A stretch of 64,000 nt of DNA from an uncultured Gammaproteobacteria bacterium (GTDB lineage Bacteria; Pseudomonadota; Gammaproteobacteria; DSM-16500): positions 157,603-221,602 of the forward strand of contig CAVQBL010000015.1 in NCBI GenBank assembly GCA_963710715.1, in the 5' to 3' direction. The notes below the pieces were generated by a model that saw only the letters and a list, made by a program, of their open reading frames with translations, made no database searches and was not told the DNA's origin. Shown here in pieces: positions 48,365-57,183 of this stretch. Every line of letters begins with the position of its first letter. Within the stretch, counting starts at the first letter, position 1. Both the position numbers and the translations under genes were made by a program.

Positions 48365-48780
48365 AAGCTTATATTGATTCCTCAGTTCTTCTTAGAATTA
48401 TTTTCGGTGAAAAAAACGCTCTAAAAATTCCAAAAAATATACAGAGCTATGCCACAAACGAAATTCTAAAGATAGAATGCTTTCGAACTATAGATCGCAT
48501 GAGACATGAGCTTGCAATTTCAGATGACGAAATTGCAGACAGACATGCTGCTCTTCATAAAACAATCAAATCTTTACACATCATCAAGTTCACAGACACA
48601 ATCTCTCAACGTGCTTGCGAACCTTTTCCTATCACTTTAAAAACCCTTGACGCGATCCATCTTTCCACTGCTATTCTCTGGAAAAAAGAGGAAAATTCCG
48701 AAATAATCTTTCTAACACACGACATCCAACTTTCAAAAGCTGCTCGCGCCTTGGGATTTGACGTAATTGGCGTAAACTAA
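48361..48780 (+). CDS. vapC: PIN-domain toxin VapC
   Basis: 139 aa. N-terminal YIDSSVLL acidic residue, ...LKTLDAIHLSTA..., C-terminal THD. Confidence 0.8.
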   Translation: MKAYIDSSVLLRIIFGEKNALKIPKNIQSYATNEILKIECFRTIDRMRHELAISDDEIADRHAALHKTIKSLHIIKFTDTISQRACEPFPITLKTLDAIHLSTAILWKKEENSEIIFLTHDIQLSKAARALGFDVIGVN

Positions 48781-48820
48781 GACACCCTAATAGAGCTCTT
48801 TCCAAACCTAGTATAGAAAT

Positions 48821-51800
48821 CTAATGATTCGAATCAAAATTTGGAGCTAGCGCAAAAACTATCTCATCACCTATTAATTGCCGAAACGATGCTTTTAAAT
48901 TACCGGAAATAGCGAGATACGCTTTCTCCAAATTCTCATCTTTGAAAAGACAAATATCCAGAACGTTATTAACATTTAAGATGTCATGTGTATGGATCTT
49001 GGTTCTTTCAAGTTTAAATCCAAATAAAGTTTTATCGTATTTGGGTGACAAAAAATTATTTAGTAAATTAATATTAATCACAAATTGATTTCTCCCTCTT
49101 ACCGTGTTTAATAGCCCATACATCGTGAGCATTTTTGGATTTAATTTTAATTTACGAAATAGCGCGCAATAGATAGTAGAAAAAATATGCATAACAAAAT
49201 TTCTAATAAATTTTTTGCTTTTATCCATGCATGCAATTTTTATCATTCCTGAACATGCCTGATAAGGTTCAGTATCAACTCTGGATTGTTGTATAGATTT
49301 CGCTAATTCGATTAAATTTAAGTGAGCTTTAACATCAATTTTGATGGGGTCAATCCTAAGGAAACAACCAATCATTTTGTCATGAACTTCATTTTCTCTG
49401 ATAGAGCGAACAATATTAATCAGTATTTTATTATTAAGATACCCTACTTCTTTATTTAAAGCTAATGCAATTGCAGCACTCAGCAGATCCGTAATGCTAA
49501 TGGAAGAATGGGCACAGATCTGATGTATATTTTCCATTACATCAGAAGGCAATTCCATATAGGTTGAGTAAGGAATATTTTTCATATTACGAATAATTTC
49601 TGTTTCGGGAAACGTAAAAAGTGCTGTGTCATGCAAATATTGCTTCCAGAATACCATATCTCTTTCTAAATCTTGGTTTGAATGATCACGTTCATATGAA
49701 ACATAGTCTTTAAATTGAGCATACCTATCTAATGGAATTGAACGAGAATCATTCTTATAATGAAGATAAGCCGTAGATAACTCCGAAAACAATATTTCCT
49801 CAGAAATATCATCGAAGACAATATGTGGCACGCATATCTGTAATTCTGATTTGGCATTGTTAAGATGAAATAATTTCACCACTATTAATGGCAGGTTTTT
49901 TTGCCATGTTTTGTGACCAATCAATTTATTCAGTGACACAGATAATTCCAATTCTGCTTCCATTTCTGAATAGTTTGTCAGGTCTTCTTCAATAATATTA
50001 AATCGAATATTTTTCTTTAAATATTGAACAGGAAAAAATTTCCCTACCTGATAAGACAAAACTTCATGTCTTTCTAAAACTTGCTGCAATGCAAAAGTCA
50101 TTACTTCACTATCCAATCTTCCTGATAATCGCCTTCTCGCTACAATGTTCATTTTTTGTATTTTTGGTTCAAATAAATTGGCTATCCAAAAAACAAACTG
50201 GAAATTGGCGAGCGGGATAACACCTTTGTTATCCAATGCCGCTCTGGATCCCGCGAATACATCACAAGAATGGGACGACGCAGCAGCGGCCGCAATGATT
50301 GGCGCCAACTGACGAATGGTGGGGGCTTTGTACAAATCTTCCAAATGAATTTCTTTACCTAAGGATTTTTCAATCTCCATCAACAATCTTTCTGCAAGCA
50401 ATGAGTGCCCACCCAATTCAAAAAAATGACTTTCTACGCCAATTTTTTTTAGGTGAAATATTTTCTGCCAGATGTTAATTAATTGGCGCTCTAATTGAGT
50501 TCTAGGTGCAACAATCTGCTCTTCAACCTCAGGAACAGGGAATGCTTTTTTATCCCGTTTTCCGCTTGATGTGATTGGAAATGCCTTCAACATCACAAAT
50601 AACGATGGAATCATATAATCAGCCAATTTCTGGTGCAGGTATTCGCGTAATTCATGATGACTGGGGAGCTGATTCTCATCCTTGGGAACATAATAAGCTA
50701 TCAATTGTTTTTCTTGTGACGGGTTTTCACGCGCAACCACACTGCTTTCTTTTATTAAAGGATGCGATTCCAGACACATCTCTATCTCCGCTGGTTCTAT
50801 TCTATACCCACGAATTTTCACTTGATCATCTATTCTTTTTATAAATTCAATATTTCCATCTGGTAAATAGCGACACAAATCGCCGGTTTTATATAATTTT
50901 GCATGCGACTCAGGATGAAAAGGATCATGAATGAATTGCTGTGATGTTAATTCTTCTTGATTAAGATAGCCTCGCGCTAAACACATTCCACGCACATACA
51001 ATTCTCCTGTTTTTCCCAATGACATTTCTTGCTTACCATCGTTATATAGTTTGCAATCCATATTAAAACCGGGTTTACCGATAGGAACAATCACTCCTAA
51101 TTTGGATATATTCTCAGTCGTCACTTTATATTGAGTGACAGCTACCGTTGTTTCAGTCGGACCGTATTCATTAAATAAAACATGTTTGGGATACATTTTA
51201 AGCCAAGCGATACAATCTTTCGCATATAAAATTTCTCCGCCTAAAATGATAGATTGCAAATGGGGTAACTTTATAGCGTGATTGTTTGCTTGCTGTGCGA
51301 GGATGTCAAAATAAGTCGGGGTTAATTTGATAATGTTAATTTTATTTTTATTTAAATGTAAAAGATATTGGGGAATATCCTTTTTCACTTCATCGCGGCA
51401 TATAACAACTTGCAATCCCAATGCAAGTGCAGTAACAGTCGTTGTCCCTGCCATGTCAAAAATAATATGCGATGAAAAATCGACGCGATCCTGGGGACGA
51501 CATGCACTATAACTACCAAACCATTGGGTGTAGTTCACTATGCTTTTATTCTCAATCAAAACACCCTTAGATTTTCCTGTTGAACCCGAAGTATAAATAA
51601 CATAAGCCAGATTTTCGGGGTTAGAAGGATAAGATGGATTGTGTGAAGATTGGAAATTGATTTCATGCCAATCTTGATCTATTAGGATAATGTGTCCCGA
51701 AAAATCAGAAAACTTTTCTCTCGATTTTGATTGGGTGATAAGAACAGGTGTTCTAGAATCTTTTAATAGATCTTTTAAATGATTCGCTGAGTGATTTTGA

Positions 51801-52075
51801 TCTAATGGCAGATAAGCACAGCCTGCTTTCAAAATGCCGAGTATCCCAATAAGCAATTGCGGTGATCTATCAATAGAAATAGCGATTAGCGTGTCAGGTT
51901 CCAATTCGAATTTTTGCAAGTAATGCGCCAGCTTATTCGCTAGTTGATTAAGCTCGTTATAAGAGTAGGAAAGCCTCTCATCTATTATCGCGACGTGATG
52001 AGGTGCTTTTTCGGCATATTCTTCAATCATCCGCTGAATAGTTAAATTATTATCCATATCCTTTTCACTTTTCAA
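48821..52075 (-). CDS. Stand-alone single-module NRPS, domain order A-T-C
   Basis: 1084 aa (start codon uncertain: TTG 52075 or ATG 52057). A-domain cores YVIYTSGSTGKSKGV, NEYGPTETT, YKTGDLCRY, QVKIRGYRIEPAEIE, SSGKRDKK. Carrier FFELGGHSLLAERL. C domain with ERHEVLSYQV and active-site PHIVFDDIS. Confidence 0.85.
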   Translation of the reverse strand: MKSEKDMDNNLTIQRMIEEYAEKAPHHVAIIDERLSYSYNELNQLANKLAHYLQKFELEPDTLIAISIDRSPQLLIGILGILKAGCAYLPLDQNHSANHLKDLLKDSRTPVLITQSKSREKFSDFSGHIILIDQDWHEINFQSSHNPSYPSNPENLAYVIYTSGSTGKSKGVLIENKSIVNYTQWFGSYSACRPQDRVDFSSHIIFDMAGTTTVTALALGLQVVICRDEVKKDIPQYLLHLNKNKINIIKLTPTYFDILAQQANNHAIKLPHLQSIILGGEILYAKDCIAWLKMYPKHVLFNEYGPTETTVAVTQYKVTTENISKLGVIVPIGKPGFNMDCKLYNDGKQEMSLGKTGELYVRGMCLARGYLNQEELTSQQFIHDPFHPESHAKLYKTGDLCRYLPDGNIEFIKRIDDQVKIRGYRIEPAEIEMCLESHPLIKESSVVARENPSQEKQLIAYYVPKDENQLPSHHELREYLHQKLADYMIPSLFVMLKAFPITSSGKRDKKAFPVPEVEEQIVAPRTQLERQLINIWQKIFHLKKIGVESHFFELGGHSLLAERLLMEIEKSLGKEIHLEDLYKAPTIRQLAPIIAAAAASSHSCDVFAGSRAALDNKGVIPLANFQFVFWIANLFEPKIQKMNIVARRRLSGRLDSEVMTFALQQVLERHEVLSYQVGKFFPVQYLKKNIRFNIIEEDLTNYSEMEAELELSVSLNKLIGHKTWQKNLPLIVVKLFHLNNAKSELQICVPHIVFDDISEEILFSELSTAYLHYKNDSRSIPLDRYAQFKDYVSYERDHSNQDLERDMVFWKQYLHDTALFTFPETEIIRNMKNIPYSTYMELPSDVMENIHQICAHSSISITDLLSAAIALALNKEVGYLNNKILINIVRSIRENEVHDKMIGCFLRIDPIKIDVKAHLNLIELAKSIQQSRVDTEPYQACSGMIKIACMDKSKKFIRNFVMHIFSTIYCALFRKLKLNPKMLTMYGLLNTVRGRNQFVININLLNNFLSPKYDKTLFGFKLERTKIHTHDILNVNNVLDICLFKDENLEKAYLAISGNLKASFRQLIGDEIVFALAPNFDSNH

Positions 52076-52127
52076 AAGAACTCGTCATTGCGAGCCTCAC
52101 GCTTTAGCTGACGGCGTGAATAGTTAA
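52074..52127. repeat. Family A element, internally deleted copy
   Basis: aaaagaactc-gtcattgcgagcctcacgctttagc-tgacgg-cgtgaatagttaa. Confidence 0.7.
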
Positions 52128-52135
52128 GCGTAAGC

Positions 52136-52270
52136 AAAAAAAAGGACGACTTTCGTCGTCCTTAAAATGCTCAACTCAAATAGCAATCCGTGCTTAAATT
52201 CCATCCGTGGACACGCAAAACGAGGAGTGGTTGCAGAAATCCGTTCTGTCACCGTAGCCATCCTAAGCTA
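52136..52270 (-). ncRNA. Rsm/Csr-type (RsmY/RsmZ-like) CsrA-sequestering sRNA candidate, copy 1
   Basis: Minus strand has six GGA motifs (uaGGAugg, acGGAuu, acGGAuGGAau, acGGAuugc, aaGGAcg). The intrinsic terminator is ggacgac-gaaa-gtcgtcc + U8 (52161-52136). A -10-like TAACAT lies at 52281-52276. No SD-led ORF. The 5' end is approximate. Confidence 0.6.
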
Positions 52271-52653
52271 AATTCATGTTACAATAAATTTATCTTCTTG
52301 AAAATACGGGTTTTTTTTGTTAAAGCCTTGCTGAGCTCATCAAGCATATCCTCAAATAAAATAAAAATAAATTAAATCAATAAGTTATAATCATAAAACT
52401 CGTATTACTTAATAAACTCAGCGTTTCGAATGGCTAATTTCCTACAAAAACTGATTTAAATATCCTACAAATATTTGAGCATAAATCACTCTGATTCGAT
52501 ATGATTAGAGGTTCAGTTGCAAGATCCTGGTCAAGATTTTTTAATCGAGACCAAGCAGCACCTCGCGCAGAAGCTGCAGATGAACATGCGAACGAAGTAC
52601 CATACATGGAGATGGTGGCGGGGGGATGAGGGTCCAAAATAGCTGAAGAACTT

Positions 52654-52793
52654 AAAAAAAAGGGCGGGTTTTAACCCGCCCTAAGATGCTCAACTCAGAC
52701 ATAGCAATCCTTGCTAAATAATCCATCCTTGGGCATACAAAACGAGGAGTGGTTGCAAGAATCCTTTCTGTCACCATGTGCCATCCTTGACAC
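52654..52793 (-). ncRNA. Rsm/Csr-type sRNA candidate, copy 2
   Basis: About 80 % identical to copy 1, with five GGA motifs (caaGGAugg, aaaGGAuu, caaGGAuGGAuu, gcaaGGAuugc). The terminator is gggcgggtt-aaaa-cccgccc + U8 (52681-52654). A -10-like TAAACT lies at 52805-52800. The 5' end is approximate. Confidence 0.6.
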
Positions 52794-52943
52794 TTGATTA
52801 GTTTAGCAGGTACTTTGAAAAAGTAACTAGCCTCTAAAGCAAGCCATAACATTTTTCTCTAAAAACCCGCGCGCGCATTATTTAAAAAATAGCATTAGAA
52901 TCAATTTATTAACATAAAAATAGCGATAAGACATTCATATTTT

Positions 52944-52961
52944 TGTAGATTTTTTCTTACA
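52944..52961. promoter_or_regulatory. GacA/LetA-box-like palindrome upstream of sRNA copy 2
   Basis: TGTAGA-TTTTTT-CTTACA versus the TGTAAG-N6-CTTACA consensus (2 mismatches), about 150 nt upstream of the predicted 5' end. The right half plus flank (CCTACAAAAACTGA) recurs at 52441-52454 upstream of copy 1. Confidence 0.3.
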
Positions 52962-52996
52962 AAAACTGACAGGATTTTCTTAAAATAAAAGAGAGA

Positions 52997-53479
52997 TTAT
53001 TCCCTAAAATTCTCAAACTGCAGCGGCAAATTTAACTTGGCTTCACGCAACATAGCAATCACTACCTGCAAATCATCGCGTTTTTTACCTGTGACTCTTA
53101 CATGGTCACCTTGAATTGCGGATTGAACTTTAAAGTTAGCCTCTTTCACTAACTTTACTATTTTCTTTGCTGTCTCTGCGTCAATACCTTGTTTGACAGT
53201 GATATTTTGTCTCGCTTCATTTAATTTTACATCGGCATCCTTATAATCCAGTGAGCGCACATCGACATTACGTTTCGCAAATTTATTTCTTAGGATTTCA
53301 TCGACTTGTTTTAGCTGAAAATCAGTGGGTGCAATAATAGTAATATCTTCTTTGCCCTGTTCAACACGCGCATTCGTGCCCCTGAAATCAAATCGAGTAC
53401 TCAATTCGCGATTGGTTTGATCCACTGCATTTGTTACTTCGTGTTGATCGGTCTTAGAAACGATATCAAAAGATGGCAT
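52997..53479 (-). CDS. yajQ: YajQ-family nucleotide (c-di-GMP)-binding protein
   Basis: MPSFDIVSKTDQHEVTNAVDQTNRELSTRFDFRG... canonical UPF0234. Confidence 0.9.
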   Translation of the reverse strand: MPSFDIVSKTDQHEVTNAVDQTNRELSTRFDFRGTNARVEQGKEDITIIAPTDFQLKQVDEILRNKFAKRNVDVRSLDYKDADVKLNEARQNITVKQGIDAETAKKIVKLVKEANFKVQSAIQGDHVRVTGKKRDDLQVVIAMLREAKLNLPLQFENFRE

Positions 53480-53544
53480 AAAAACTCCTAAAGAGCTCTT
53501 TCTGGATGCCAGCTAAAAGCATGCTGGCATGACAGATGTGGGTT

Positions 53545-54003
53545 CTATATTTGACGCAACACAGAAACTAATTCATACGCCGCATCGGCTGATTCACGTC
53601 CCATATGACCTTTGTTGCCACCGATGCGATCATAAGCTTGAGCTAAATTATCTGTTGTTAATACACCAAAAATAACAGGAATATTCTGACTGAGCGCTAC
53701 TTGCTGACAACCATCGCTCACTTGCTTAGATACATAATCAAAATGTCGAGTTTCACCATAAATCACTGCGCCTAAACAAATAATCGCGGAATATTTACCA
53801 GTCGCTGCAAATCGTTGCGCAGTAATGGGAATTTCAACTGCACCGGGCACCCAAGCTGCCGTAATCTGACCATTCGTAAACCCCAATTGCTTCAATCTAT
53901 CCGTCGCACCCATAAATAGCTTTTCGGTAACATCGTGGTGATATCGACTCACTACAATAGCAATATCAAAACCAGGTATATTTTGCTTATTCAATATTTG
54001 CAT
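53545..54003 (-). CDS. ribH: 6,7-dimethyl-8-ribityllumazine synthase
   Basis: 152 aa. VPGAVEIP, typical lumazine synthase. Confidence 0.92.
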   Translation of the reverse strand: MQILNKQNIPGFDIAIVVSRYHHDVTEKLFMGATDRLKQLGFTNGQITAAWVPGAVEIPITAQRFAATGKYSAIICLGAVIYGETRHFDYVSKQVSDGCQQVALSQNIPVIFGVLTTDNLAQAYDRIGGNKGHMGRESADAAYELVSVLRQI

Positions 54004-54005
54004 TT

Positions 54006-55220
54006 TTAATCCTTACTGCCTAAGCGCAACCAGTGTCCTAGCTTATCACGCTTAGTTTGTAAGTAATGAATATTTTTCTGAGTCGGATCCATCTCAAGTG
54101 GTAAACGCTCCACTACTTTAATACCAAATTGCTGTATACCGTCGACTTTACGTGGGTTATTGGTCAGCAAGCGGATTTTTTTAATATCAAGATGATGCAA
54201 CATTTGCGCGCTGAGTCCATATTGTCGATGGTCCGCTGCAAAACCTAATTTATGATTTGCCTCAACTGTATCAAAACCTTCAGACTGTAAAGCATAAGCT
54301 TTAATTTTATTACCTAAACCAATCCCACGGCCTTCTTGACGCATATAAAGCAGTACACCACCTTCTTTTGCAATTTGTTCCATTGAGCGTTGTAATTGCC
54401 AGCCGCAATCACAGCGTACAGAGCCAAACATATCCCCCGTTAAACATTCGGAATGAATGCGTACTAAACAGGATTTATTATGGTCTAGCTCACCACTAAT
54501 CAACGCAATATGCTCGGATGAATCATAGCGATAACGAAATACTTTAATTTTAAAGTCTTCGCTAATTTCAAGTGGCAAAGCAACAGAAGCAACCTCTTCT
54601 ATTACTGTTTCATGTGAGAGGCGATAAGCAATCAAATCATTGATGCGTACCAATTTAATATTATGCTGCTGGGCAAATTTTTCTAATGCAGGCATACGTG
54701 CCATCGTGCCATCATCATTCATGATTTCACCAATGACAGCTGCCGGTTGTAAACCCGCCAGTCGAGCTAAATCAACACTACCTTCTGTATGACCTGGTCG
54801 TTCTAACACCCCGCCTAAGCGTGCCTGCAAAGGGAAGACATGTCCGGGCATCGAAATATCTCGCGGAGTGGACGTAGGATCAACAGCCACTTTAATTGTG
54901 TAAGCACGATCAAAAGCAGAGGCACCCGTTGTAACACCACGCATCGCTTCAATCGATGTAGCAAACGCTGCTTGATTGTGATGCTTACTTCGCTCCGGCA
55001 TTAAGGGAATTTGTAATCGTCTGATAATATCTTCTGTTACTGCAAGACAAATCATGGAACGCGCATGTTTAGTCATAAAATTAATTGCTTCAGGTGTAAT
55101 TTTTTCTGCTGCAATGACTAAATCACCTTCTTGCTCACGATTTTCGTCATCAAACAAAATAAGCATGCGACCCTGACGCAGTTCTTCTAAAGCTGTTTCA
55201 ATTGAGGCAAATGAAGTCAT
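54006..55220 (-). CDS. ribBA: Bifunctional 3,4-dihydroxy-2-butanone-4-phosphate synthase / GTP cyclohydrolase II
   Basis: Start set at MTSFASIETALEELRQGRMLILFDDENREQEGDLV. GCHII part has CLTGDMFGSVRCDCG. Confidence 0.93.
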   Translation of the reverse strand: MTSFASIETALEELRQGRMLILFDDENREQEGDLVIAAEKITPEAINFMTKHARSMICLAVTEDIIRRLQIPLMPERSKHHNQAAFATSIEAMRGVTTGASAFDRAYTIKVAVDPTSTPRDISMPGHVFPLQARLGGVLERPGHTEGSVDLARLAGLQPAAVIGEIMNDDGTMARMPALEKFAQQHNIKLVRINDLIAYRLSHETVIEEVASVALPLEISEDFKIKVFRYRYDSSEHIALISGELDHNKSCLVRIHSECLTGDMFGSVRCDCGWQLQRSMEQIAKEGGVLLYMRQEGRGIGLGNKIKAYALQSEGFDTVEANHKLGFAADHRQYGLSAQMLHHLDIKKIRLLTNNPRKVDGIQQFGIKVVERLPLEMDPTQKNIHYLQTKRDKLGHWLRLGSKD

Positions 55221-55224
55221 AAAA

Positions 55225-55836
55225 TTAAACCGTTGGTTGTGTAGTAGTAAGATAGTGTTGACATTGCTCGACAAAGATTCGCGCCAGCATATCAAATTCA
55301 ATATTCACTTTATCATTTTCTTGTAATAGTGATAAGTTGGTACGTTCCAGTGTGTGCGGAACCAGCATGACACTAAAACCATCATCAAAAACCTCATTAA
55401 TCGTTAAGCTAATACCATCCACAGCAATGCTACCTTTTTTAATAACATATTTTCTAGTGTCTGCGTTCAGTCCAGCAAATCTCATCTCAAGAAATTCATG
55501 ATGTTTAAGCAACATTTTCACTCTGCACGTTTGATCAACATGTCCCATCACTATATGGCCACCCAGACGAGATGAAAGCTGCAATGAACGTTCCAAATTT
55601 ACAGCTTGATTAACTTTAAAATCATTTGCTGTAGTCCGTTTTAAGGTTTCAGGTGACAAATCAATGCAAAATGTATTCTCTTGGATTTGCGTTGCCGTCA
55701 CACAAATTCCATTCATGGCAATACTTTCGCCCAATGCCAAGTCTGCAAATAAGCATGTTAACCAAATACGTCGTGATCCAGGTAAATGCTGGACTTGTGT
55801 AATCGTGCCACAGTGATCAATGATGCCAGTGTACAT
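55225..55836 (-). CDS. ribE: Riboflavin synthase
   Basis: MYTGIIDHCGTI..., duplicated lumazine-binding repeats (NGICVT / DGISLT). Confidence 0.93.
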   Translation of the reverse strand: MYTGIIDHCGTITQVQHLPGSRRIWLTCLFADLALGESIAMNGICVTATQIQENTFCIDLSPETLKRTTANDFKVNQAVNLERSLQLSSRLGGHIVMGHVDQTCRVKMLLKHHEFLEMRFAGLNADTRKYVIKKGSIAVDGISLTINEVFDDGFSVMLVPHTLERTNLSLLQENDKVNIEFDMLARIFVEQCQHYLTTTQPTV

Positions 55837-55872
55837 AAAATTAGGCTATGTTTGTGTAAAAAAAGGGTTATT

Positions 55873-56943
55873 TTACCAGTTTATCTCACACATTGCATCT
55901 TTTCCGGCCTGCTGCCACCTTAATTGGCCCGCACCACTCTCCAGGGAAAAACCCTCAGAAAACGCAGATTTTCCCTCCTCTAGCCAACGAGGGGCAACAT
56001 AAATCAAGGCTCGCTGTAATAATCGCTGATGAAAGAGGCTGCTAAAACAAGTACCTCCGGCTTCAACCCATAAGTCATGTATCCCTTCTTGGCCCAGGTG
56101 ATCCAGTACCTGATTGAAGTCTAAACCCTGCTGGTTGCTCTCAACTTGAATACAACGCGCAGTAAGCGCAGTTAAGCTTTGTTGACGCTTCTTAGGTGCC
56201 GCTGCTGAGTGGAATACAGTAATTGACTGTGCTGTCGTAAAAATTTTTGCGGTCATAGGAAGAGTTAAGTGGCTATCCAAAATATAAATCGGTTTGGCAA
56301 TGATTTCATCCTGAATACGTACATTCAACTGCGGATCATCAGCGATGATGGTTTTAGCCGTTGTTAAAATGGCATCGCTCGTTTTGCGATAAGCATGCGT
56401 CAATTCTTGCAATGCAGCACCGGTTATTTGAATACGTTCGCCATTCTTGCCAGCAATTTTTCCATTTAAACTTAAGGCAATTTTTGCTGTTACAAAAGGT
56501 TTTTTATTTTTATGCCAATGGTGATAGCTTGCATAAAATGCATCAATTTCAGGTAAAGGAACATGTTCACAGGCAATTCCCGCAGCTAATAATTTTTCTT
56601 CTCCTGCTCCCGAAACGAGGGGATTAGGATCACGATAGGCATACACAACTCGCTTCACCCCCGCTTGAATTAATGCATCTGAGCAAGGGGGTGTTTTCCC
56701 CCAATGACAGCAAGGCTCTAAGGTCACATATATTGTTGCATCTTGAGTATTACCAGTGATTTTTTTTAATGCATTGACTTCGGCGTGATCTGAACCAGGA
56801 GCAAAATGATAACCCTCTGCGATAATCTTATTATCTTTTACAACGACAGCACCAACTGACGGATTGGGTGCACAAAAACCACGGCGGATATTAGCAAGGC
56901 TAAGGGCTTGGTGAAGATAGATGTGATCTTTATTATTTAGCAT
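55873..56943 (-). CDS. ribD: Bifunctional riboflavin biosynthesis deaminase/reductase RibD
   Basis: HAEVNAL and PCCHWGKTPPC zinc motifs, C-terminal reductase domain. Confidence 0.93.
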   Translation of the reverse strand: MLNNKDHIYLHQALSLANIRRGFCAPNPSVGAVVVKDNKIIAEGYHFAPGSDHAEVNALKKITGNTQDATIYVTLEPCCHWGKTPPCSDALIQAGVKRVVYAYRDPNPLVSGAGEEKLLAAGIACEHVPLPEIDAFYASYHHWHKNKKPFVTAKIALSLNGKIAGKNGERIQITGAALQELTHAYRKTSDAILTTAKTIIADDPQLNVRIQDEIIAKPIYILDSHLTLPMTAKIFTTAQSITVFHSAAAPKKRQQSLTALTARCIQVESNQQGLDFNQVLDHLGQEGIHDLWVEAGGTCFSSLFHQRLLQRALIYVAPRWLEEGKSAFSEGFSLESGAGQLRWQQAGKDAMCEINW

Positions 56944-56995
56944 AGTAGGATTTATTTTACTACAAACTTTGTCATCTCGGAAAATGTTCCGGCAA

Positions 56996-57164
56996 CGCTG
57001 AAGTTAGATCGAAGCCCCGTCATTGCGAGCATGTGCTTTTCATGCGAAGCAATCCAGGGGAACGTTTTTGTGCTCCCTGGATTGCCACGCCCGCGCTGAT
57101 CCCGCATAAAAGCATTGCGGGACGTGCGGGCTCGCAATGACGGGGCTTCGATCTAACTTCAGCG
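56996..57164. repeat. Family A variant, 169-bp nested palindrome
   Basis: cgctgaagttagatcgaagccccgtcattgcgagc ... gctcgcaatgacggggcttcgatctaacttcagcg, with an inner caatccagggg/cccctggattg pair. Confidence 0.8.
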
Positions 57165-57183
57165 CTCGCACTAAACCGAATAG

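Noticed and set aside
52434-52637. 67-aa minus ORF and a 42-aa plus ORF (52501-52629) between the two sRNA candidates
   Set aside because: Neither has an SD nor a recognisable motif. This GC-richer patch may be a remnant of older coding sequence, but no frame could be assigned.
56944-57183. Looked for an FMN riboswitch upstream of the ribD-ribE-ribBA-ribH operon
   Set aside because: The leader is occupied by the family-A palindrome. No FMN-element-like conserved stretches were recognisable by eye; a covariance-model search would be needed to exclude one.
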